Shown: positions 45,326 to 56,900 of the stretch, piece by piece
Layout: each line of letters starts with the position of its first letter
Position numbering within the stretch: position 1 is the stretch's first letter
NCBI GenBank assembly: GCA_012295275.1
Contig: CM022667.1
Span: forward strand, 18,786,001-18,850,000
Origin: Chrysomallon squamiferum
Taxonomy: Eukaryota; Animalia; Mollusca
DNA length: 64,000 nt
Reading direction: 5' to 3'
Made by a program: the position numbers and the translations under genes
Notes under the pieces: generated by a model
Databases searched by the model: none
What the model saw: the letters and a program-made list of their open reading frames with translations, nothing else
Told to the model about the DNA's origin: nothing

Positions 45326-46818
45326 CAGACCTGGGCATTTCATGGCCCCCGGGCCACATACGGCCCTTTGGTGACTGACCAGTCTGTGTAAGGTTAACTG
45401 GGAATTACAAAATAAAACATATTTTCTGATTTCACTTCATGCATGGACTAACGCTGCATTGCTTTTATTTTGAAGGTACTTTTTTATTCACGTACAAAAT
45501 GATGCAATACGTAAATCAAGATGTGTGTGTGATTGAATTGTTGTCAAATGCAGGTCGCAATACAACTTTAGCCCTCAAAATGTCCACTCATGCTAAAAAA
45601 GAAAGGTAGATGCTGAATGCAGGGTTTTTAACAAAAAATGGAGTGCTTGGTGGACTCTGCAGAACTAATATTCCTTGAAAAAAAAGAAACATTTGAGCAA
45701 GTCCTGCTGTCCGGGCAAACCATGATGAGAAGGATCAAGAACACTGCTTGGAATCTGGAACTTCGGCTGCAAGGTGAAGTGGCAAGTTTTGACTTTTTCT
45801 CCTAAAAATGTAGGACTTTTGAAATATATGCAGGATAAAGTGACTGAAATTGATGCAGATCAGAAATTGGAATTTTTGCATTGTATTAAACACCAGCATA
45901 TGTTGTGCTAGTCAGTGCTAAAAATTAACCATGTTACTGATGTTGTAACTAAAATAGTAAACTTCATCAGGGCATGAGCACTGAATCACAGGCAGTTAGT
46001 TGCACTTCTGGAGGAGCATGAGATTGAGTATAGTGACACTGGCTACCACAAAGCTGTCAGATGGCTCAGCATGGGCAAAGTGCTAAAAAGAGTTTGGGAC
46101 CTGAAAGCAGAGATTCAAGAGTTCTGTCGGAAGAAAGGCAAAGACATCCCAGAGCTCTCAGATGAGGATTGGATGGCAGATTTTGCATTTGCTGTTAATG
46201 TGACTGCACTGATGAATGACCTGAACACCAAACTGCAAGGCAAGGGCATTTTTGTTCATGAAATGCACAGCCTGGTGAAGGCTTTCATGAGAAAGATGCA
46301 GTTTCTATCAAGCCAACTGGAGAGCAACATTCTCACTCACATGCAAACCCTGAAGCAAGTCACACCATCATCCGTGTTAGGAACACTGCATGGTGAGTTT
46401 TCAAGATGATTTGAAAATCTCAGAACAATCGAGGATGAAATGCACTTGATTTCCTTTCCCTTTAACTGCAGTGTGGATAATGCACCCAGTGATATTCAGC
46501 TAGAACTCATTGGACCTGCAGTCTGATGCTGTACTGGCAGAGCACTTTAAGTCAAGATCACTGCTGGATTTTTACTCTTCTCTCAAGAAGAACTTTCCAA
46601 ACATGAGGAGACATGCTCAGAAGATGTTGGTTCTCTTTGGCTCTACCAACATATGTGAACAAACATTCTCAGTGATGGCGTTTACCAAATCCTGGTATAG
46701 ATCCTCTCTCGCTGATGATCATCTGTCAGCTTTGCTTTGCATCTCCACCTCAGACATTCAACCTGACTTTGATGCACTCATTAAAGCCCAACAGAGATTA
46801 GAACAAGAACAAGAATAA
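45326..46818 (+). mobile_element. hAT Charlie/SPIN/Buster-type transposon, decayed transposase (GTF2IRD2/EPM2AIP1-like)
   Basis: 5' end CAGACCTGGGCA...GGGCCACATACGGCCC. Remnants LHCIKHQ, VRWLSMGKVLKRVWDL, LNTKLQGK and the hAT dimerization motif LFGSTNICEQTFSVM. Stops and frameshifts; right TIR not found. Confidence 0.9.
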
Positions 46819-48599
46819 AGAAATGAAAAATACCAAATGAGGTGGTTAGACTACAAATGTAGGCATGTAGACATCAACTGACAGTGAACTGAAACACTTT
46901 CTTTGGAGGCCTTTTTTTCAAATTGACTTTTCAGTGACAGTCATTAATATATCTATCTTGCTTAATATTTGTAGTACAAACACAATATTGTGATGTCTTT
47001 AGAAAGCTAAGAACCTCTTTCCAGCTGTATACAAAACTCAAAATTTGACTGAAAATGATCACAAATATAATGTTACAAACCATTGTTTTGAGAAATTTGA
47101 TTGAATAAATGACATTTTTGTAAGGCAACTTCACTTTTTTATTGTTTAATCATATCATATACTTACCAGTCTTACCAGCTTGTCAAAACAATGTTATTTA
47201 CTGCTTCTTATAAAGAAATACAATTAATATTAAGCAGAATTGAGTTAAGTCTTTTGAAAAACAGTGATAGCAAAGATGTCAGGTGATAAAAGGTTACAAT
47301 TAAAAGAAATAACATTTTTAATTTTTTTTAAACTCAAAATTTTTTTTAATAAATAATATCCATTCATGTTTTTGGAAATAAATTTAAAATAAAGTATTTT
47401 TATTTTTGAATCATTCAAAGTTAATACTTAAAAAGCTGAATTATTATTATGTGGGAATTGTTTAAATTATCACCAACATTCAAATTTAGAAAGAAAATAA
47501 ATGTTAAAACGGAATTTTAGGCATTTTTTAATTAATATTTTTAATTTTGATTTAAACACCTAATTTAGAAAATGATCATATATTTTGAAACTGTAACTTA
47601 AATACAATGTTAAAACATTTATAACAAATATATAAACTTTTAATAAAGTAATTCATTACTTAACATATGTTACATGTAAGAGTTGCTATGAAGTTGATTA
47701 TTTTAAAACTACTTTAATTCATATTAATTCTGTGTTTGTGATTCTGAATTTGGGAGTTATTATTAATACTTACTATGTGTTTATTATAAACACTGCAGTT
47801 AAAAAAAAAAAATTAAGAAGTAAAATATTATCCAGTTCAAACGATCTATACTCTTTAAACAGTATTTTCAACTCTGGTAATTAAATTAAGATAAAAACAG
47901 TTCATGTCAAATACTACATTTAATACACTGAATTTTTAAAATTATTTCTATAAACGGATCTCTCTTTACAGACTTTTTAGTTTTCGTTATGCACGTGTTT
48001 GTTTGTTTGATATCTGCTAGGACATTTTACTTCAAACAGAACAACAAAAACCATGATCTTTGATTAATGTGTAACAGAATAGCTGTATTTTAGCACACAA
48101 AAAAACAGTGGTGTTTTAAAAAGCACTAACTGTGTAAAAGAGAACTTGTACAGATTTACAAACTAACTTTTAGTAACTTGTCAACTACATTAACTGACAA
48201 AATTTCAATTAGATCAATAATTATTTATTTTATAGTTGTTGTTATATTGTAGTAAAATTTAGCAAAAAAAAAAAAAAGCCACTATAAAAATATATTCTTG
48301 TAACTGGTGGATTGGTGAAAAAATTTAACTATGTATGATAAACTGGATATATTGTGTCAAAAACATAAATATTAAAAATAAAAAGGACAAAATAGAAGAA
48401 AAAAAATCGATTTAGGATTTCCAGAGATTAAAAACCATCAATAGCATTAAAAACAAGACTCCACATCTCCAAATAAGGAAAATCAAGTGATTCTGAGGTC
48501 TCAAAAGAATAGTAAACAAGAAGTAAAACTGCTACTTTATAACATTACTAATATTATACAATATAAATTACTGTACTAATATATATATATTTGTGCACT

Positions 48600-49570
48600 T
48601 ACAGAGACCATACAAAAATGTATCAATGACTCTCAAGTCATTTTGGTACAGGTTGACATTCAAAAATCTGGCCTTCAAGGGAATGACACAGTTTCCTGTC
48701 CATTACCATGCCAAAAAGAAGGGTGGGTTAACACTGATATTACACTGGACTGATTTCAAAAATGTTTTGCTCCTGAGGCTTGGGCTCACTGTAACTCAGT
48801 AGGACTAGACCCTAAATGCATCATACTTCTTATTTTCGACAATTGTTTGGCCAGGTTTAATGTTTACTTCTCATTCTAACGGAAACAATGAAAATAATTT
48901 TGGGTGGTTTAGGGTTTCCAAGAAAAGCAGCTTATACAGGAACTTATTGCTTATGTTAAAGATGAAATTAATCCTGATGCCAAGGAGCTTTCATCAAGGA
49001 TAAATGAAGATATTTTAATTGTATGGATGGATGTTGATGATAATGCATCTACAGTTCATCATTACACTGATTCTGAAATTGTAGTTATGGTTAAAAGTCT
49101 GGAGAGAAATGCCTGTACAGGTAATGATGAAGATGAAAGCAGAGATGAAAATGAGGAAGATGTGAGAGAAAGAATCTCTATTGACAGGTTAATTACATTG
49201 ACAACTGAACTGCTGGCTGGACTAGAGCAAAAACGTTTTTTAAATGATTAAGAAATCATGAATGTATACTTGCTCCAAGATAAATTTATTACAGAAAGAC
49301 CCAAGTATACGAAGCAACAGACACTACACAATATATTCAAGAAAATAGCTCGGAAGCAGGAAGAAGCAGCAGCAGTGTCCACACTTGATAATCCACTGCC
49401 TTCAACTTCAAGACAACCAGATGTGCTGTCACCACCATCAACATTTCCTCCACAGGTTGAAGCTGTTCCTGTTGCTGAGGATGTTGTCACTGTCAGTGAT
49501 GAAGATGCTGATCCTGACAGCTTCTTTTCGAGGGTACAGTAATAATTAAAATGTTGAGGAACTATTTTTA
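48600..49570 (+). mobile_element. Tigger/pogo (jerky-like) transposase C-terminal remnant
   Basis: Fragments FPVHYHAKKKG, ILLIFDNC (DDE region), WMDVDDNASTVHHYTDSEIV and terminal KQQTLHNIFKK, typical of Tigger/TIGD C-termini; frame-disrupted. Confidence 0.7.
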
Positions 49571-50080
49571 ATAAACAAATTAAAACAATTTTTTGACTTT
49601 GGCTGAACATTGTTTTTTTTTTTAATAATAATTAGTTTATGGGTACAGCTGAACTAATATCACTGTTCTGAACTTTTGACTGGATGTTAGAAAAGGTTAA
49701 CACAATGGGCCATTGTTTGATACGGTTTGAAATGTAATTAGTGTAGCTGCTTAATTAAATCTCCAAAGAGACCTGACCATTGGCTTGGCATGGTCAGTTG
49801 TTTGTCACCTTGTTTACTTGTTCATTTTGAAAGTGTCAGTTGAACTGACAAGGCAGTTTTACTAATCGGCCAATTTTAAGAAAAAAAACATTAAAAAAAA
49901 AATAATGTAAAATATGAGAACGTTCATAACTGTAGGTAAATACACTTTGCCATTAATTACAATTAATTAAATTTTGTACTTTGCTAATAATCATACTTTT
50001 TTTTTTTGGTGTCTGTAGGAATTCCTAAAAATATCATATTTAATTTTTTGTAATTCAGAAAGATTGTTTGGCATATTATA

Positions 50081-50163
50081 ATTATTATTGCCAATCTTAT
50101 CCCTTTTCAGTATTAATATTATTATTGTCAATCTTATCCCTTTTCAGTATTAATATTATTATT
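50081..50163. repeat. Short tandem duplication, 37-bp period
   Basis: ATTATTATTG(C/T)CAATCTTATCCCTTTTCAGTATTAAT occurs twice in tandem. Confidence 0.85.
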
Positions 50164-50875
50164 TTTTCAATATTACAAGATGGACAGCAGTTTTTAATTT
50201 TGAAATATTGTCTAAATTTCAAGTAATTGGCCATTTTGGAGTTTGATATTTTATTTTCAGATTTTCTGAATTTTAGTTTAAACTAAGTAATTACCGAGTT
50301 TAGAGAAACTGACTAGTGAATGATACTGTAACCTAAAATATCAGTTCATCATCGTAAAGATTTTTATAGTATAATTATAATCTTGTTTCGGCACTTTTTG
50401 GTGTGCAGTATAACTTTGATTTAAAAGTTACATGTATAATTGAAAACATTTCAAGCTGTGTTTATGAACATTTTATAATTAATTAATTTATTTATGTTTT
50501 TAGCTTTAATGCAGAAATGAAAAACAACTTCTGAGCTGCAAAATGAAGAAGAAACTGATGAAAACTTCTGGAAATGTACATTTAATACTGCACAGGCTCT
50601 GTCATGACTAAGTCATATAACAACATACAATTTCTGTTTTTATTATATTTAAAAGATGCTGGATTTTTTATGGTTATATATGCTGTATATAATTTAACAG
50701 AAAATTACTACCTGTACAGTCCTTTAAAGAAAGAAAATTAAACACTAAATGAAAAGCAAATGAAATTTTAATGTTCACCAACTAAATAATTCTAAAGAAT
50801 TTTAATTCAACTAAATAAAATAGATCCTTAGAATTTTAATTGAAAAATAACCACAGAATTTTAATTCAACTAAAT

Positions 50876-50957
50876 AAAATAGTTCCTCAACATTTTAATT
50901 ATTACTGTACCCTCGAAAAGAAGCTGTCAGGATCAGCATCGTCATCACTGACAGTGA
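50876..50957 (-). repeat. 82-bp inverted duplicate of 49487-49568, abutting the satellite
   Basis: Reverse complement of 49487-49568 with one mismatch. Confidence 0.95.
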
Positions 50958-53900
50958 AACTTTCAATCGTATGCAGTCGTAACACACAGCATTGAGTGCG
51001 TTCTGTTCTTAAGCAGCTCTTTCAACGCTGTTAACAAATAATCTGTAGATCTCATTTAAGTGATGTGGTGCGTGTGTGTCTTTCTTAACAAGGCACGGAT
51101 ACCTCTCGCAACCGCTCGCACTCCGAAACTTTCAATCGTATGCAGTCGTCACAGACAGCATTGAGTGTGTTCTGTTCTTAAGCAGCTCTTTCAACGCTGT
51201 TAACGAATAATCTGTAGATCTCATTTAAGTAATGTGGTGCGTGTGTGTGTTTATTCTCAAGAGAGGAATACCTCTCGCAACCGCTCTCTGTACGAAACAC
51301 TCAATCGTGTGGACACATGACAGACAGCATCGAATGTGTTCTGTACTCAAGCAGCTCTTTCATCGCTGTTAATGGATAATCATTAGATCTCATTTTAGTG
51401 ATGTGGTGCGTGTGTGTGTTTATTAACAAGACACGGATACTTCTCGCAACCGCTCGCACTCCGAAACGTTGAATCGTATGCAGTCGTAACACACAGCATT
51501 GAGTGCGTTCTGTCCTTAAGCTGCTCTATCAACGCTGTTAATGGATAATCATTAGATCTCATTTAAGTAATGTGGTGCGTGTGTGTGTTTATTAACAAGG
51601 CACGGATACCTCTCGAAACCGCTCGCACTCCGAAACTTTCAATCGTATGAAGTCGTCACGCACAGCATTGAGTGCATTCTGTTCTTAAGCAGCTCTTTCA
51701 ACGCTGTTAATGGATAATCATTAGATCTCATTTTAGTGATGTGGTGCGTGTGTGTGTTTATTCTCAAGAGAGGAATACCTCTCGCAACCGGTCGCTGTAC
51801 GAAACACTCAATCGTGTGGACACATGACAGACAGCATCGAATGCGTTCTGTACTCAAGCAGCTCTTTCATCGCTGTTAATGGATAATCATTAGATCTCAT
51901 TTAAGTGATGTGGTGCGTGTGTGTGTTTATTCCCAAGAGACGAATACCTCTCGCAACCGCTCGCACTCCGAAACTTTCAATCGTATGCAGTCGTCACAGA
52001 CAGCATTGAGTGTGTTCTGTTCTTAAGCAGTTCTTTCAACGCTGTTAACGAATAATCTGTAGATCTCATTTAAGTGATGTGGTGCGTGTGTGTGTTTATT
52101 CTCAAGAGAGGAATACCTCTTGCAACCGCTCTCTGTACGAAACACTCAATCGTGTGGACACATGACAGACAGCATCGAATGCGTTCTGTACTCAAGCAGC
52201 TCTTTCATCGCTGTTAATGGATAATCATTAAGCAGCTCTTTCATCGCTGTTAATGGATAATCATTAGATCTCATTTTAGTGATGTGGTGAGTGTGTGTGT
52301 TTATTAACAAGACACGGATACTTCTCGCAACCCCTCGCACTCCGAAACTTTCAATCGTATGCAGTCGTAACACACAGCATTGAGTGCGTTCTGTTCTTAA
52401 GCAGCTCTTTCAACGCTGTTAACGAATAATCTGTAGATCTCATTTAAGTGATGTGGTGCGTGTGTGTGTTTATTCTCAAGAGAGGAATACCTCTCGCAAC
52501 CGGTCGCTGTACGAAACACTCAATCGTGTGGACACATGACAGACAGCATCGAATGCGTTCTGTACTCAAGCAGCTCTTTCATTGCTGTTAATGGATAATC
52601 ATTAGATCTCATTTAAGTGATGTGGTGCGTGTGTGTGTTTATTAACAAGAGACGGATACCTCTCGCAACCGCTCGCACTCCGAAACTTTCAATCGTATGC
52701 AGTCGTCACAGACAGCATTGAGTGTAACGCTCACACACTGTTCTGTTCTTAAGCAGCTCTTTCAACGCTGTTAATGAATAATCTGTAGATCTCATTTAAG
52801 TGATGTGGTGCGTGTGTGTTTATGTTCTGTTCTCAAGCAGTTCTTTCAACGCTGTTAACGAATAATCTGTAGATCTCATTTAAGTGATGTGGTGCGTGTG
52901 TGTGTTTATTCTCAAGAGAGGAATACCTCTCGCAACCGCTCGCTGTACGAAACACTCAATCGTGTGGACACATGACAGACAGCATCGAATGCGTTCTGTA
53001 CTCAAGCAGCTCTTTCATCGCTGTTAATGGATAATCATTAGATCTCATTTTAGTGATGTGGTGCGTGTGTGTGTTTATTAACAAGACACGGATACTTCTC
53101 GCAACCGCTCGCACTCCGAAACTTTCAATCGTATGCAGTCGTAACACACAGCATTGAGTGCGTTCTGTTCTTAAGCAGCTCTTTCAACGCTGTTAACGAA
53201 TAATCTGTAGATCTCATTTAAGTGATGTGGTGCGTGTGTGTGTTTATTCTCAAGAGAGGAATACCTCTCGCAACCGGTCGCTGTACGAAACACTCAATCG
53301 TGTGGACACATGACAGACAGCATCGAATGCGTTCTGTACTCAAGCAGCTCTTTCATTGCTGTTAATGGATAATCATTAGATCTCATTTTAAGTGATGTGG
53401 TGCGTGTGTGTGTTTATTAACAAGGCACGGATACCTCTCGCAACCGCTCACACTCCCAAACTTTCAATCGTATACAGTCATCACAGACAGCATTGAGTGC
53501 GTTCTGTTCTCAAGCTGCTCTTTCAACGCTGTTAATGGATAATCATTAGATCTCATTTAAGTGATGTGGTGCGTGTGTGTGTTTATTAACAAGGCACGGA
53601 TACTTCTCGCAACCGCTCGCTCTCCGAAACTTTCAATCGTATGCAGTCGTAACACACAGCATTGAGTGCGTTCTGTTCTCAAGCTGCTCTTTCAACGCTG
53701 TTAATGGATAACCATTAGATCTCATTTTAGTGATGTGGTTCGTGTGTGTGTTTATTGTCAAGAGAGGAATACCTCTCGCAACCGCTCGCTGTACGAAACA
53801 CTCAATCGTGTGGACACATGACAGACAGCATCGAATGCGTTCTGTACTCAAGCAGCTCTTTCATCGCTGTTAATGGATAATCATTAGATCTCATTTTAGT

Positions 53901-56900
53901 GATGTGGTGCGTGTGTGTGTTTATTAACAAGACACGGATACTTCTCGCAACCGCTCGCACTCCGAAACTTTCAATCGTATGCAGTCGTCACAGACAGCAT
54001 TGAGTGTGTTCTGTTCTTAAGCAGCTCTTTCAACGCTGTTAACGAATAATCTGTAGATCTCATTTAAGTGATGTGGTGCGTGTGTGTGTTTATTCTCAAG
54101 AGAGGAATACCTCTTGCAACCGCTCTCTGTACGAAACACTCAATCGTGTGGACACATGACAGACAGCATCGAATGCGTTCTGTACTCAAGCAGCTCTTTC
54201 ATCGCTGTTAATGGATAATCATTAGATCTCATTTTAGTGATGTGGTGAGTGTGTGTGTTTATTAACAAGACACGGATACTTCTCGGAACCGCTCGCACTC
54301 CGAAACTTTCAATCGTATGCAGTCGTAACACACAGCATTGAGTGCGTTCTGTTCTTAAGCAGCTCTTTCAACGCTGTTAACGAATAATCTGTAGATCTCA
54401 TTTAAGTGATGTGGTGCGTGTGTGTGTTTATTCTCAAGAGAGGAATACCTCTCGCAACCGGTCGCTGTACGAAACACTCAATCGTGTGGACACATGACAG
54501 ACAGCATCGAATGCGTTCTGTACTCAAGCAGCTCTTTCATTGCTGTTAATGGATAATCATTAGATCTCATTTAAGTGATGTGGTGCGTGTGTGTGTTTAT
54601 TAACAAGGCACGGATACCTCTCGCAACCGCTCACACTCCCAAACTTTCAATCGTATACAGTCATCACAGACAGCATTGAGTGCGTTCTGTTCTCAAGCTG
54701 CTCTTTCAACGCTGTTAATGGATAATCATTAGATCTCATTTAAGTGATGTGGTGCGTGTGTGTGTTTATTAACAAGGCACGGATATCTCTCGCAACCGCT
54801 CGCACTCCGAAACTTCCAATCGTATGCAGTCGTAACACACAGCATTGAGTGCGTTCTGTTCTTAAGCAGCTCTTTCAACGCTGTTAACGAATAATCTGTA
54901 GATCTCATTTAAGTGATGTGGTGCGTGTGTGTGTTTATTCTCAAGAGAGGAATACCTCTCGCAACCGCTCGCTGTACGAAACACTCAATCGTGTGGACAC
55001 ATGACAGACAGCATCGAATGCGTTCTGTACTCAAGCAGCTCTTTCATCGCTGTTAATGGATAATCATTAGATCTCATTTTAGTGATGTGGTGCGTGTGTG
55101 TGTTTATTAACAAGGCACGGATACTTCTCGCAACCGCTCGCACTCCGAAACTTTCAATCGTATGCAGTCGTAACACACAGGATTGAGTGCGTTCTGTTCT
55201 AAAGCAGCTCTTTCAACGCTTTTATCGAATAATCTCTAGATCTCATTTAAGTGATGTGGTGCGTGTGTGTGTTTATTCTCAAGAGAGGAATACCTCTCGC
55301 AACCGCTCGCTGTACCAAACACTCAATCGTGTGGACACATGACAGACAGCATCGAATGCGTTCTGTACTCAAGCAGCTCTTTCATCCCTGTTAATGGATA
55401 ATCATTAGATCTCATTTTAGTGATGTGGTGCGTGTGTGTTTATTAACAAGACACTGATACCTCTAGCAACCGCTCGAACTCCGAAATTTTCAATCGTATG
55501 CAGTCGTAACACACAGCATTGAGTGCGTTCTGTTCTTAAGCAGCTCTTTCAACGCTGTTAACGAATAATCTGTAGATCTCATTTAAGTGATGTGGTGCGT
55601 GTGTGTGTTTATTGCCAAGAGACGAATACCTCTCGCAACCGCTCGCTGTACGAAACACTCAATCGTGTGGACACATGACAGACAGCATCGAATGCGTTCT
55701 GTACTCAAGCAGCTCTTTCAACGCTGTTAATGGATAATCAATAGATCTCATTTTAGTGATGTGGTGCGTGTGTGTGTTTATTCTCAAGAGAGGAATACCT
55801 CTCGCAACCGCTCGCTGTACGAAACTCTCAATCGTGTGGACACATAACAGACAGCATCGAATGCGTTTTGTCCTTAAGCTGCTCTTTCAACGCTGTAAAT
55901 GGATAATCATTAGATCTCATTTAAGTGATGTGGTGCGTGTGTGTGTTTATTAACAAGGCACGGATACTTCTCGCAACCGCTCGCTCTCCGAAACTTTCAA
56001 TCGTATGCAGTCGTAACACACAGCATTGAGTGCGTTCTGTTCTCAAGCAGCTCTTTCACCGCTTTTATCGAATAATCTGTAGATCTCATTTAAGTGATGT
56101 GGTTCGTGTGTGTGTTTATTGCCAAGAGACGAATACCTCTCGCAACCGCTCGCTGTACGAAACACTCAATCGTGTGGACACATGACAGACAGCATCGAAT
56201 GCGTTCTGTACTCAAGCAGCTCTTTCATCGCTGTTAATGGATAATCATTAGATCTCATTTTAGTGATGTGGTGCGTGTGTGTGTTTATTAACAAGACACG
56301 GATACTTCTCGCAACCGCTCGCACTCCGAAACTTTCAATCGTATGCAGTCGTCACAGACAGCATTGAGTGTGTTCTGTTCTTAAGCAGCTCTTTCAACGC
56401 TGTTAACGAATAATCTGTAGATCTCATTTAAGTGATGTGGTGCGTGTGTGTGTTTATTCTCAAGAGAGGAATACCTCTCGCAACCGCTCGCTGTACGAAA
56501 CACTCAATCGTGTGGACACATGACAGACAGCATCGAATGCGTTCTGTACTCAAGCAGCTCTTTCATCGCTGTTAATGGATAATCATTAGATCTCATTTTA
56601 GTGATGTGGTGCGTGTGTGTGTTTATTAACAAGACACGGATACTTCTCGCAACCGCTCGCACTCCGAAACTTTCAATCGTATGCAGTCGTAACACACAGC
56701 ATTGAGTGCGTTCTGTTCTTAAGCAGCTCTTTCAACGCTGTTAACGAATAATCTGTAGATCTCATTTAAGTGATGTGGTGCGTGTGTGTTTTTTCTCAAG
56801 AGAGGAATACCTCTCGCAACCGCTCGCTGTACGAAACACTCAATCGTGTGGACACATGACAGACAGCATCGAATGCGTTCTGTACTCAAGCAGCTCTTTC

